A stretch of 64,000 bases of DNA from Asterias rubens (GCF_902459465.1 NC_047066.1:16678001-16742000); one strand, 5' to 3'; counted from the first letter of the stretch, positions 51,278-64,000 are shown. Program-made: numbers and translations. Notes: generated from the letters alone by a model not told the origin.

Positions 51278-52918
51278 TTGTTCAACCCAAAAACTCATTT
51301 CAAAATTTACCCAGTCAGTTTCCCTCAAGTGGTTTATCCCACTCTAATCAATTAGACCGATTCATTAAGCTCCGCCCCGTTGCGTATTGACTGATCACAA
51401 CGCAACGAAGGTCTGACACTAAGGTCCGACATGCATGCGCGAATGCTTGGCGCGCGCGGCAGAGTTGTGCAGAAAGGCATTGGAGAGCCCACCTAGCTCA
51501 CACGTGCGTCGTGGGCGGAGCCTACTGGATCTGTCTATTCTTTGTTCAACCCCAAAACTCAGGGTTGTTCTAAAACCCCCTCGACCCACGACCCCCTTGT
51601 CCCACGACCCCTCGACTTGTGTGCAATTTTTTTTTGTCTGTACACCGAAATTGCCACAGCTCACAACCTCAGCCAATCAAGCACACAATTTTGTATGCTG
51701 ACGTCGACTAGCATACCTCGCACATCGCAACACAGCGTATCTCTTGGCCGATCTGAGATTATTATCCCAACTGGGAACCTGTGTTTACCGCCCGATTACG
51801 ATTACGGCCAACTCATTACGTGATGATCAAGCGGACCCATTTCCGACCGATCGCTCCCGTCCTGTGTAATATTCCTGCATGCATTTCTTCCTCCATGCTC
51901 CATGGTACTACTAGTTGCTCTAAGCGGAGCTCAAGGTTGTAGACCCGACCGACCAAATGGCCACACGGACGCGTTTGGGGTCCCCAATCGGTGTGCACGT
52001 GGCGTGTGGAAGCGGAGAGTATTACTCCCAATTCTGTGTGGCTGATGCAGATAAATATAACCACAGTCTCAGACTTGAAATCAAGTCTGGTCGTGGAAGG
52101 AACTTGCGTCGCGGATCACACACTGTGAATTCTAAATCGGGGACTTAATTCTTACTCGGCCGTAAAGCGTCATTTTATGAATTCGGAATTGGGATATTCT
52201 TCGTACCGTGGCGGACATCGAGGGGTCTAGGTCGAGGGGGTTTCAGAACAACCCCAAAACTCAAGATAATTTTTATTGTCATGTTTTATCTTGCATATAT
52301 ATATATTAATATTGTAAAAAAATGGACCAATTTGATTGAAGTAACATTCATAACTTGTGTATTTCTTTCAAGCAGTATTGTTTTTCGTGAATTTTATTGT
52401 TGTTGGTGTTTATGTCTTTTATTTTAAAAGTTTGTTTTTCATACTTTTTTTTTTAAATTAAATTATAACACACCTCTTGCTTGTTCTGTATTCTGGTTGG
52501 CTGAAACACGATCACGTGGGATGAACTAATATAGGCTAGTGCTCGGGAACTAGTAGTAGTACCTGAGCGGGCACTAGTCTTTGAAAATAGTGCCCGGTTA
52601 CAGCGCCCTCTCTTGACTTGAACCGTGAACTGCAACTACAAAACTTCCTGTCTTTTCCAAATTTCTGTTCTTATTTGACATTTAAGACCGAGCTGTGATA
52701 TAAAACACATAGACTGGCATACTTCGGTAACTAGTGTACGTCTATTCCCCCTCGGGCCTGTGAGTGACCAGAAGAGGGGCCTATTTCCCTCGGCCTTTGG
52801 AAATAGGTCGCTCTTCTGGTCACTCAATATGTGTATAATATTAGGCCTACTTGCGTGTAAATTATGTGTTTTGTTTATATTGTGTGTTTTTTAAAGTTTT
52901 TGGGGTTGAACAAAGAAT

Positions 52919-52991
52919 TGACTAGAGTGGGATTCGAACCAACGACCTCCGGATTAACGTGCCGGCGCTCTACCAACTGAGCTATCTAGCC
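52919..52991 (-). other. 73-nt tRNA-like cloverleaf (GTT at anticodon positions), probably a pseudo-tRNA in a repeat
   Basis: GGCTAGA/TCTAGTC acceptor stem and GCTC/GAGC D-stem. The anticodon and T stems each have one mismatch, and position 33 is C rather than U. Confidence 0.7.
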
Positions 52992-53505
52992 CTATATTGG
53001 CGGTGTCCCTATTTTGTCAATATCTTTGTTCGGGGGTGCCAGTCAGAAGCCATACAACCGTTAACTGCCGTGTAGCCAGGGATCACACCCAAATTACGAT
53101 ACAACCTTTTTTAAAGTTTGTCTTTTTTGCCCCATTGGCCGCTCATAGCGAAGGACGCGCAGCAATCGGTCGATCGTGCAGGAACAGGTTTGCGCGATCG
53201 ACCGACCGTGCAGGAATGGTTTCGCGCAATCGACCGATCGTGCATGCATGCAACGAGGCCATGCAACAGTGGTTTTGCGCGAAAGGCTTGCGCGATTTGT
53301 CCCATCTTTGCAGGAAATTTAAGAAAAAAATATGTCACTGCGTATCGTAAACAAAAAGTTAGGAGGCGGTGGTAAAGGTGCCTGCGAGAATATTTTTATT
53401 GCGCAGATTTGGGGTATCGGAGGACTAAAAATGGCCACACATGCCAGCAACACTAACCTAAATCTAAGTCCGACCTATTCTTTTGGAGGTGTTAGGGGAA
53501 AAGTT

Positions 53506-53619
53506 TCCGTATGGCGCCACCACTTTTTCATTCGATATTAAATAATATGGTATTTAATTAACCTCAATGAGATATCCCTTTTTGTAAAAATGAGTGAAAA
53601 GGTGGTGGCGCCATACGGA
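53506..53619. mobile_element. 114-bp MITE
   Basis: TIR TCCGTATGGCGCCACCAC(T/C)TTT, with an apparent 5-bp TSD AAGTT (53501-53505 and 53620-53624). Confidence 0.8.
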
Positions 53620-54402
53620 AAGTTATCCGTGTTAGGTGCTATAGAAATGCGGTTGTTATTATTGTTATTATTATAATATATTGACAATTTCGAAAAAAGG
53701 AGTACGACAGCGCGCACCCGAATACTCACGGAGTCAGTGGGTCTGTCTACTCTAATAGTCTAAGTAATTGCGACCCACCTACCTGGCATTTTTCTTCTTT
53801 GACTTTGGAAGTACAGCTAGTTATTTGTATACTACAGATGATAAATTGTACGTTTTTAACGACCAACTTCCACTCCCAACACACTCAACTCATTGATGCT
53901 TCAAATTCGTCAGTCATGTCAGTCAAACTTCCACTTACTTCCAGCGCGCTATTGTTTATAGGCGTACGATAGTGTATGTATGCGTGCGTCACCGTGCCAT
54001 GGTTACCCCTTTGTATTCCGTCCCAACTTGAAAATCGTCCCAACTATAGTTGGGACCTATGGGCGGCCAAAACCTAAATAAAAACTAAATATATTTTTAA
54101 AAACTAACACAACAAAATAAAATCAAAGAGCAATTACAAATAAATAAAGGAGGGAAAAAATAATATGCTCAAAGATTAATTCATATACAACTATCATCGT
54201 ATTTTTATCCATGAAAACTAATTTAATTAGTAATTTTTTCCAAACAGAAGGTCACTTTGTGAAAATGAAAATTTTAGGTTTGCTCTGCGATTTTTTTCAA
54301 TATGTATTAGGCCATTTCCACATAACTAGGCCACTACGCCCTCTAGTTCTGATATAAACTCAATGTTTTAACCACAAAACCTGACAGACACATTCCAAGT
54401 TC

Positions 54403-54755
54403 AAGGGAAGGTACACGTTTGGTAAAAATGCTAAAGACCAGTCTTCTCACTTGGTGTATCCCAACATAAGCATAAAATAACAAGCCTGTGAAATTTTAGC
54501 TAAATTAGTCATTGAAGTGAGAACATGATGAGAGAAAAAACACCCTTGTTGGACGAATTTGTGTGCTTTCAGATATGAATAAAAGACTTCTGGCTAGAAG
54601 TCTTTTTTTTTAGTGAGAAATTACCTTTTTCTCAAAATCTTTGCTATTTCAGAGGGAGCCATGTCTCAATTTTTTTTATAATACTTGTTGTCAAGTAAGT
54701 TTTTAAGTTAATGTTTGTTTCAAGAGTTATTTCCAAACGTGTACCTATTCCCTTT
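54403..54755. mobile_element. Kolobok-type MITE family A, variant-TIR copy
   Basis: The internal sequence matches family A. The TIR differs (AGGGAAGGTACACGTTTGG / CCAAACGTGTACCTATTCCCT). Confidence 0.75.
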
Positions 54756-54759
54756 GAGG

Positions 54760-55010
54760 CCGGTTCCTACTCCCTGCGTATTCACTGTGAAGCCCTCATC
54801 ATTATCATGTCGGTTTTTAGGCCAATGACCAGTCTGTTCTGGGTTAGCCTGCTTTCTCCCTTTAAGAGTCTTGCGATCCTCCAATTGGCCCTGTCCAACG
54901 TTGCTTCCCTAGCGTTGACTCCAATCAGTTGCATGTCATTCGACACAGATCTTTGCCACGTCTTGCTCGGCCGGCCAATGGGTGTCACCCTTCACTGGTT
55001 AACCTCTTGA
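54760..55010 (-). mobile_element. RTE LINE 3' fragment
   Basis: PIGRPSKTWQRSVSNDMQLIG...DRANWR motif. Confidence 0.65.
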
Positions 55011-55669
55011 CCCAGTCTGCATCCTCTTTTCTCTCCCACATGGCCAATAAACCATCTCAGCCTGAGCCTCCGCCTCTCCTCAGCTCCTCACTGGACAGCC
55101 TGTCAATTAGAGACACCCTACACTCATCGTTCTCATCTCTGCTCATTCTATCTGCTGGATGTGCCCCGCCCTTGTGGAAAATGTCGAGCAGCCATACACC
55201 ATTCCGCTTCCTACACAGGCGGTGCATACCTGGCCCTTCATCTTCAGGGGGAGCGCCTTGGATGCCCTCAATAGCCTTCCTACCTACCTCTCGTCACAAA
55301 ATGAACTGTGCAAATTATTGGGGATGTGGTATGCACCGGCTGTGATAAATAGGCCTGACCGGCCGGCCTGGGCCTCTTCCATAAAACATTGTCAGTAAAT
55401 TTTGACTCCCAAAATGACGAACAGGACTATAGTAGGTATACATGCATGCATGTCCTACCACGCTGTCAAATTGTGGGAACCTGACAACAGAACAATGCCA
55501 CCCCCCACCCTCCCCCCCCCCCCCCCCCAAGACCTAGACTCAGTTACTGGGGCGCTGTACTTTTATTTTTATTATTTATTATTGTACTCCTTTTTTCTTC
55601 TTCAGTGCCCCAATACAGGGTCTACCCCAACCCCCAAGGCAACCTATCTACGGATTGCAAATAGCGGCA

Positions 55670-56020
55670 TTGACTGCCATATTATTTGATACCAATGGAA
55701 AAGTGCACGCATGTCTTCGCTGCACACAACTTTCTGCCAATGATCCTCGCAAGCTAGACTCGTGGACAAGTCGTTTATATGGTCCCACGCGGTGAGATAG
55801 TCGAGTTGCAGCGATGCTCTCCACAAGAACTACTGGTTGTGCGACTACTGCGCGCTGCCCGACTCTTCTCCCCATAATTGTGGAGTAGAAGTCGGCAACC
55901 AGCAGTTCGTGCGCGAGAGCAGTGACAACTCGACTATCTCACCGCATGGGACCATTAACGACTTGTCCACAAGTCTACTTGCATGCATGTGTACATGCGT
56001 CAATGATGGTGGTCAATGCT
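55670..56020. mobile_element. Palindromic MITE-like element
   Basis: 55752-55810 (GACTCGTGGACAAGTCGTT...GGTCCCACGCGGTGAGATAGTCGAGTTG) is mirrored at 55925-55985. Confidence 0.65.
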
Positions 56021-56640
56021 GTCAGGTGCAATCCATCTATAGCTATAATAGGTACAATAATGGACCCACACGATGAACTTCAGAAAAGGGACAAATGAAA
56101 TTAGATTGTACAAGTTTTCTCGAAGCACAAGAAGAAAACCATGTCAATTGATCGAAGAAATATAATCATTGTTTTACTTTGATGTGGGGCCAGCTGTCCT
56201 GAGAGAACATCGATAATATCGCAAACTGGCTCCTTGTATCCCATTGGTGCCTATTCATTCATATAACACAAAGACTTATGCTCTTCAGTTTCCATTTAAT
56301 TGAGTAATTGCACACAAGTTGTGAAAAAAACTACAGATTTATTACATTTCAACGATTATTTAAGGACTGAATTTAAATTCTGTAATTTGAACCCAAATCT
56401 AGATCCTTAATCATGTAAATTTCTGTTCACCTTTCCTCTGTATTCAATGCCTCTTCTTTATTTAAGTCTTGTAGTAGCAGGCATTACAGATAAGCTGAAC
56501 TTACCCTATGAGTCACCTTTAATCAAAGCAGTTAAGGCTTGTTCTTTTTTATTAAAAAACCATAAAAATAAAAGTATATTTGAGCTAATGAAGCATTGAT
56601 AGTAGTGTTTTTGTTTGTTTCTCTGTCTGTTTTAGTCTAT

Positions 56641-56941
56641 GAAATGGACATGCCTTAGATCGGTCGAGTTGGTCTTTGAAAATCGTTTGTAACCGTTTGT
56701 TATAAAATGCATATGGGTAGAAATATGTTGTAAAAGTAGAATACAATGATCCACACAAACATGCCTCGAAATTGCACGGTTTTTCTTTTACCTCGTTGAC
56801 TAACACGCAATTTTGAGGCAAACTTGTGTGGATCATTGTATTCTACTTTTAAAACATCTTTCCAACCATATTCATTTTATAAAAAACGGTTACAAACGCT
56901 TTTTATAGACCAACTCGTCCGATCCAAGACAACGTGTTCCT
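56641..56941. mobile_element. Kolobok-type near-palindromic MITE (family C)
   Basis: About 140-bp inverted arms. The right end is GTTCCT|TTAA and the left terminus is eroded. Confidence 0.75.
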
Positions 56942-59466
56942 TTAATGGAGTGACTAAAGAGATACAAGTCTGGAACTCTAATAATACTGAAATGGACCAT
57001 GCACTGATGTCATTCCACTACCATCTTAGATGATGGAACATGTTTAATAATAATTACAATAATAGTTGTGGCTTCTTATATAGTGCACATGTCCGTCACC
57101 CAGTGACGCTCCTGGCGCTGTAGCACTCAGTATAGGGTTGTCGATTATAGAGGCATTGGAACATCTATATGCAGCACTGCAAAACCATATTGATCCAGCA
57201 CTGAGCGAATGATGTCCCTTGTACAGCATAGGAAAATACTACACACATTGTATCAGTTTGCTACTCAAGAATCACCATCTACACTCACATTGGCATTCAG
57301 TGTACACAAAATAAGTTGAGTTAACACATGTTGCTATGCAAAACTGCTGGCCGAAATTTCCCTGCAGCACTTTATCATCCCTGGATGACTTCTTAAAAAC
57401 CACTTATCATTTTGAGCAGTCTGAACTTAGGGGTGTTGGAATAAGTGTGTAACTGCATTTAAATTGCCCCTTGTGTCATGGCCTTTGTAGGTATGTGATA
57501 CCATTTCACAGATTTAATCACCGTAATTGGCCTTGGTTGGCTCGCCATCAATGTATAATCTTATAGAGCATGTGTATGTATCATTAGAAGTAAGTTTAAA
57601 TACAATGAAACCTTTTAAAGCTTTTGAGGACTGTGACTCTGTAACTTTGTTTTTATTGGATGTAAACATTCACCTGTGTGTATCAAGCATTTTCCTTTTG
57701 CTAGACTACACATGGAGGGCTGTTCTTACTGGAACTCTTACCTAGCAACAAAGACTTTTAAACAGACAAGGCTACTTCGTAATAGCACACTGCAGTTTAC
57801 CAAAGACATTGCTTACAATGTATTTGGTTTTGTCACCTGGATGTGTTAAACAAAGACAGTTAACAATCAATGTTCACAATTTATGCATTCAGAAACTTGA
57901 GTTGTGTGCTCAGAAAACAGGATATATCAACATGACATGTAATAAATCACAAGCCAACCAAATTAAATCAAATTGACAAAGAGCCTATTTTTCAAAAGAT
58001 AACTGATTTGAAAGAGATACAGAAATTGTTTGTTGGGCTAATTCAATGCAAAAATCTGCAGGATTTAGACTTCTCTTCAGCTTGCCATTCAGGATCCAAA
58101 TGGGAAATATATATACAATACATCTTTGTAAAAACTTCTCAATCAACAACCCAACAGGGACACTGTAAACTACAGGGATATCCTTTCTCTACGTTACAAT
58201 TATTGTAAGTTACATACATGTACAAGTTAATTCCAATGTGTACAGGGCTGAGTAATCCATACAGCAAAGATTGTAATTGTTCAATTTAGAATTCTACAAA
58301 TCAATAAAATATCTTGCACGCCAAATCATTTAAAATAAAAGTACAAATTAAAAGTAAATTATAAAATTAGGACCCAAATATACAGATGACATCAAACTAT
58401 GAGGAAACAGTTGAAGACAAACAATAGAGGAAAACAATAACCCAAAATATCTTTTAAATCTATATATGTAATTAATCCTGCAAGGAATTTGTCTCAGCGG
58501 AAAAAACAGTTAATGTTGAATACTGCAACATGTTCACTAAAAATGATAATTGGCACATTGTAACAAGACAAAGTGAACCAAATTTGCTGAACAGAGTGTG
58601 TGCACTGACATACATGTTCCTATAATAATGACTAGTGCAGGTAAATCCCAACCAAAATGTAATGGTTATTGCATGGAGGGGGGACTTTTGTCAAACATTT
58701 GATGGTTCTATGTGTGGACCAAATCAAAACTGTGCAAGAACAGGGAAAAAGGGTCTAGACTAAGCCTGACATTCCTGGAACAACTCCAGAATGACAAAGC
58801 CATTTTGTTTTCACAAACTCAAACAAGTTTCCTTTTCTAGTGCTTATAACCCTCACATTTTGTTTTAATATTTTCTTAGAGTAACAAGTACATGTAGGTA
58901 GGAATTTACCTGCAACTCTTGTTAGTGATTTAAATGCATGGACTAACCATTTTTCTTAAAAAAGATCAACAAACCTAAGTCCAATTGCTTTATCAATACA
59001 GCTTGCATGTACCATACCAAAAATAAACATATCGATGTACTTTTTTCTTAATTTTGGGTCTGAAACTCAAAAACTTTAAATGGAACATTCTCCTAATGGA
59101 TCATTTCATTGACTGTTGTGGTTCAATTAATAATAATTGTTATTTATTAAGGTGCTTACAAACTACATGTACATGTAAGTATCAAAACATCTAATGCTCT
59201 AAGCTGTTCAAAACTAACAAATAAAACAACAAACAAGGTAAGGCCATGTAAACCATTTCCGCATCAGTGCCAAAACCAGTTCTTAGAATACCTTCCTCTT
59301 TGATTAAAGCCATTATAGTTATTGAGCAAATATGTTCTTTGTACATATCTTGAGAACGACACGCTATGTGTTAATTATCACTTCAAAATCTTAACGAAAA
59401 TATCTGAAGTTTAAGAAAGATGACCCTTTGTGCATCTAAAACCATTAAATTAAAAAAATTAGTTAA

Positions 59467-59829
59467 AGGAACATAACAGAATTGGATTTTCTAACTAAAC
59501 AGTTCCTGGCAGTGTAAGCACTTAATGTAATCCAACTGACAAACCTGTAGAGGTTCGAGATCGATCGGCCATCTGGGTCACGAGAATAGTGAAAAAAACG
59601 ATTACAAATTTTTCATTGCATCGATGCCAAAATAAAAATGAATAAAACGCTCACTGAGCGATAAACTCCAAATGCGAAGTTAGATTATTTATTTCTCATC
59701 ACATATGACATTTCAGACAGAAATATTTCAAGGGATGTTTTCTACTATCATCATCGTTAGACCGTGTAAGTTTTATGTAAATCTGTGATCTTCACAATTT
59801 TCATTTCATACCAATTCTGTAACATTCCT
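59467..59829. mobile_element. Kolobok-type MITE family B
   Basis: TTAA|AGGAACATAACAGAATTGG...CCAATTCTGTAACATTCCT|TTAA. A related fragment lies at ~7233-7335. Confidence 0.82.
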
Positions 59830-59873
59830 TTAACTTTTGATCAGCTATTTCATGCAATAACTGTTTCCCTTTC

Positions 59874-60266
59874 AGGCACTGGGCACCTTTGGTAATTGTC
59901 AAAGACCAGTATTCTCACTTAGTTCTCACTTGGTGTATCTCAACATGTGCATAAAATAACAAACCTGTAAAAATTTGAACTCAATTGGTCGACGAAGTTG
60001 CAAGAGAATAATGGAAGAAAAACCACCCTTGTCGTACGAAGTTATGAGCTTTCAGATGCTTGAATTCGAAGCAAATTCAAATATTGTAGAGAACCATTAC
60101 TTCTTTCTCAAAAACTACGTTACTTCAGAGGGAGCCGTTTCTCAAAATGTTTTATACTACAGCTCTCCATTGCTTGTTCAAGTAAGTTTTGATAGATGTT
60201 AACCAAGTTTTAAAGTTGTTATGCTAAAAATGTATTTTGAGTAACTACCAATAATTTCCAATGCCT
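59874..60266. mobile_element. Kolobok-type MITE family A, copy 4
   Basis: AGGCACTGGGCACCTTTGGTAATTGTC...AATGCCT|TTAA, with the family A interior. Confidence 0.8.
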
Positions 60267-60574
60267 TTAAACTTCCCACGCAGATTAAAACAGCTTTCTA
60301 AGCATATCCAGTCAAGAGGAACAGTCCTTGTTATTTTAAATGACTGTAATTTTTAAAGAATAATACTTTTTTGAAATTCTACAACATGAGAATCTGAATT
60401 TGAGTCGTGACAACTGAAGTGATGAATAAACTTACACAATCTAAAACTAATATTCCTCCCAAATTTCCTGCTAGATGTGTGGTTGTTGTGATCCATGTGG
60501 AGTTACTGTTTAATGCACAATGGAATGAATGGGGATGTATAAGAGTTACAAGGGTTAGCTACATTTTGTCTTTA

Positions 60575-60696
60575 TCACATTGCTCCAATGCCTCCATTGT
60601 ATGCATAATCTGCCTTGTTGTGCATAATCAGATTGTTGTCAACAAAATAGAAGCTGTCCGATTTGGTATCAAAAGGTTGGTCCACCATTTCTTGAA
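60575..60696 (-). CDS. Probable terminal coding exon of an unidentified gene whose other exons lie to the right
   Basis: Strong acceptor (TTGTTTTTCCCCTTTTAG|), then an open frame [39 protein letters not shown], followed by long AT-rich UTR-like sequence. I could not name the protein. Confidence 0.55.
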
Positions 60697-60779
60697 CTAA
60701 AAGGGGAAAAACAAATTGCATCAAAATATATTATATCAACCATTAACCATAGAAATCACTGGCTCCCTATCTCTCAATG

Positions 60780-61000
60780 AATCATCTTCAAGCTGATGCT
60801 CAATGTCCATAAAGCACTAAACGGCAAGGCTACCCACTAAATCTCAGAACTACTTCAAGTTTACACTCGACTAGGTCTTTTTCTTCAGCTCTGCCATGCA
60901 TCTGGAACTCTCTACCACATAACCTAGGATCTTGTCATTGTACCACAACATTCAAATTTCTTCTAAAAACTTATCTTATGTCACAGGTTTTCAAAGACTA
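60780..61000 (+). mobile_element. L2 LINE 3' fragment
   Basis: Degenerate FSSA.PCIWNSLPHNL...TFKFLLKTYL. Confidence 0.6.
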
Positions 61001-61434
61001 CTTTTGTTTGTCTGTTTTCTATTGTTTGTTTGACCAATATTTACTATGCCTTGAACACCCATCAGGGTGGGTTTGCTGCTGTTTTTTATTTCTCAAATTT
61101 ATAGTGCCTTTTGCATAATTAACTAGAATCTCTCTTTTAACGATTTTGTATTTTTAATGCCCACTAGTGCTTTCATAGTTTTAACTGCTTGTATAGTTCT
61201 ATATTTTTATACTATATGCCATGTTTTAATAATGTCCATCTGTAATGTCCCTTTTTGTCTCTTCGTAAATTGTGGCATCAGGAGATTAACTCGATAGTAA
61301 TTTTGTTTACTTTTTAAAAATCCTTCAGGGGTGCTGCTTTTTTTGTTATTGTATTGTATGTTCTTGTTTTTGTTTTCTTCTGTTCTTATTGTCTGTGCTT
61401 GAATTGTTGCCTGTGAAATTAATAAATGAAATGA

Positions 61435-62760
61435 ATGAATGAAATGAGAAGAACACACACTAAATGGTACACTTCTTGCATCATTGAGAAGAGCGAGGAG
61501 TTTCAGATGCCTTTTGCAGTCAGTTTCATCGACTTCAGTAAGGCGTTTGACAGTACACATTATGGGGAATACTCCTTTGTTATGGCATTCCGGAAAGGAT
61601 ATTTAAAGCAAGAGGAAACATCTATGACAACTCCTACTGCTGTGTTTGGACTGAAGACGGTCTCAGTGACTAGTTCCAGGTACTAATTGGTGTGCGCCAA
61701 GGCTGTTATCCTGTCTCCTATTCTATTCATCATCATGTCGAGCGCCATCCAGAAGCTCGAGCCTGCCCAGTGATTTTTCTCCAGATGTTCCGGTCCAGCA
61801 TGCAGGAGCGAAGTTCCTCAGCGCTGGTCAAGCCGGTGTCTCGTTTTAGTGTGTCTACAAAGGAGAGACATCTTCTCCCACGCGAGGCCTTGCCTTGGGT
61901 TGGCTCCCATAGGATGGGTGGGCTCCCATAGGATGGTTGGGCAAGCGGCAAGCTCCGAGTGGCGGACACAGTGCCCAGCGAGCTTGAGGCGGCGTTCACA
62001 GATCTTCTCTGTGGCCTTTGGCCAGCCAGCATACAGGTTGGAGTTTCTCATGTGGTCCTGCCAGGGGATGTTTAGGGCCATAGGCAGCATCCTGGTGTAG
62101 CAACCATCCAGAGACTTCTCCATACTGGTGGTGAGGGTCCAGGTCTCAGCTCCGTATAGTAGCACTGACTCCACTGTTGCGACAAATAGTGATCTTTTCA
62201 GCCGGGCACTCAGCGTTGATGACCACACCTTTTTCATGCTGTGAAGCACGGACCACGCCTGTCATTTTCGAATCTTCAGGTCTTTTTCACTGGAGTTGAT
62301 CCAGAATCCAAGGTATTTGAAGTCAGATTCAAAACGAAGAGTTGTGCCATCCCTTGTGTGGACAGGAGGGTCACTGATGTTGTAAGCTGTGGCCATTGAT
62401 TGGGTTCTGAAGAAAGCTACGAAGGATCATGGAATTGTTTGGACTGGAGGAGCCAAAATGTCTGACCTTGATTTTGCTGACGTTATCGCAGCAATGTCCG
62501 ACAGTACCCAGGGTCTCCAGACAGTAATGGACTTCATCAGTGATGCCTCAGCTAGACTGGGTCTTATGATCAGCAGAAAGAAAACGAAAATCATGCTTTC
62601 AGGTGATCACCAGATAACACCTGACATCTTCATTGGGCAAGATAAATTTGATGTACACGTAGTGGATGACTTTACCTACCTGGGAAGTTCCATCAACAGC
62701 CAGGGATCAATATATCATAAAATTATCTGCAGAATAGGTAAAGCCTCTGCAGCCTTCAAC
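61435..62760 (+). mobile_element. RTE-like LINE RT fragment split by a nested RTE copy
   Basis: FIDFSKAFDS...GVRQG.ILSPILFII (to ~61721) resumes as AIDWVL...DLDFADVI...FTYLGSSI (62389-62760). Confidence 0.8.
61722..62388 (-). mobile_element. Nested RTE LINE 3' fragment, same family as 3105-3886
   Basis: KRSLFVATVESVLLYGAETWTLT, with a (GAT/ATG)n tail at the left junction. Confidence 0.85.
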
Positions 62761-63542
62761 CATCCCTGCCGGGAAGAAGAGGCAGACCTAAAATGAACTG
62801 GCACCAGACCATCCCGCGGGAACTTCATAGAGACAATAAAGGCTGGAGTGACGTCAGGTCACTGACTGCTGAGCGATCTGCCTCATGCGTCGGACGACGC
62901 AGGAGCCTCTAAGTCTAAGTAAGTATCTTTGACAACCAAAGACATTGCACCAGTTGATGTGGTAAGTGATCTTCTAACAACTGAAGATCATGTAAAGCAG
63001 TATGTGATGAACAACTAAAGAAAGTGTTGGTTTTAGTGATGCCCTAAAAAAAATTGCTCAAAACTTTCACTGATCTAACTAAGGATTAGTTGGCACTTCT
63101 CTCGTGGCAACACGGCTGTTGATTTGTCTCCGTGTTTTCAGTCATGTTTTGTCTTTATTTTACCCTACAATCATGTCTGAAAGTGCCTTTTAAGAATGGT
63201 TGCAGTTTTTGTCGTTTTCCTGGCTATGTCTTGGTGTACTAGTCAAGTGTATGACCCATCCCGGGAACCTATAAGGTGAACCACCGCCATTGCTAACAAA
63301 CAGTCGAGACTTCCTTATGAGCCGTCGTGCTTTCTGTTCAGAGCCCTACTATGTCATCCCTGAAGTCTGTTCAAAACAACCAAGAATTAGTTAATGAGGA
63401 AGAAAAGGTGGCGTCAGACAACAACTCAAAAAAGGCAATTGCAGAACTCCATTACCAGCCATAATTCAGGGTAATGTATACTATGTACAAAGTATCAGAC
63501 ATAAGACATGAACTGATGGCTTGCACGAAATACCTTTCTTGA

Positions 63543-63919
63543 AGACAGTGGACACTATTGGTAATTGTCAAAGACCAGTCTTCTCATTTGGTGTATCTCA
63601 ACATATACATGAAATAACAAACCTTTGAAAATTTGAGCTCAATCGGTCGTCGAAGTTGAGAGATAATAATGAAAGAAAAAAAACCTTGTCACACGAAGTT
63701 GTGTGCTTTTAGATGGTTGATTTTGAGACCTCAAATTCTAAACTTGAGGTCTCGAAATCAAATTCGTGGAAAAATACTTCTCTCTCGAAAACTATGTCAC
63801 TTCAGAGGGAGCAGTTTCTCACCATGTTTTATACCACCAACCTCTCCCCATTAATCATTACCAAGTAAAGTTTTATGCTAATAATTATTTTAAGTAATTA
63901 CCAATAGTGTCCACTGCCT
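63543..63919. mobile_element. Kolobok-type MITE family A, copy 5
   Basis: AGACAGTGGACACTATTGGTAATT...AATTACCAATAGTGTCCACTGCCT|TTAA. Confidence 0.85.
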
Positions 63920-64000
63920 TTAATATAGAAATTCAAGCATAACGGAAACATGGCTGACGCAAAATGATCCAGATTCTGCTTGACATAGAGGGTTTTACAC

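Noticed and set aside
52919-52991. Functional tRNA-Asn gene
   Set aside because: C at position 33, mismatches in the anticodon and T stems, and it is embedded in a multi-copy repeat. Kept only as tRNA-like.
57044-57229. Short - strand ORF
   Set aside because: No homology or splice support; probably 3' UTR or intergenic sequence.

Overview
This is eukaryotic, AT-rich, transposon-dense DNA from an animal, probably a marine invertebrate deuterostome such as an echinoderm (inferred from repeat style, not proven). It holds two recognisable host genes arranged tail to tail. VCPKMT/METTL21D is complete on the + strand (5 coding exons, 13494-37796, 214 aa). MORN2 is on the - strand (3 clear exons, 40576-42318; first exon uncertain; last intron needs a GC donor). 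A probable terminal exon of an unidentified third gene lies at 60575-60696 (-). The rest is mostly mobile or repetitive DNA: a full-length but decayed two-gene PIF/Harbinger element with TIRs and TAA TSD; three Gypsy LTR retrotransposons, one carrying a nested 1.4-kb solo-LTR-like insert; many CR1/L2/RTE LINE fragments; hAT- and Kolobok-type MITEs; SINE and tRNA-like modules; a ~1.2-kb-arm foldback inverted repeat inside a VCPKMT intron; and 40-, 43- and 60-bp tandem arrays. I found no convincing new protein-coding system. The best leads are the VCPKMT-MORN2 linkage (matching the human SOS1/SOS2 paralogon), the intronic foldback, a tRNA-like module that travels with an upstream leader, a small hairpin element, and over-represented TA-flanked 8-bp palindromes. 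All coordinates and counts were read by hand.
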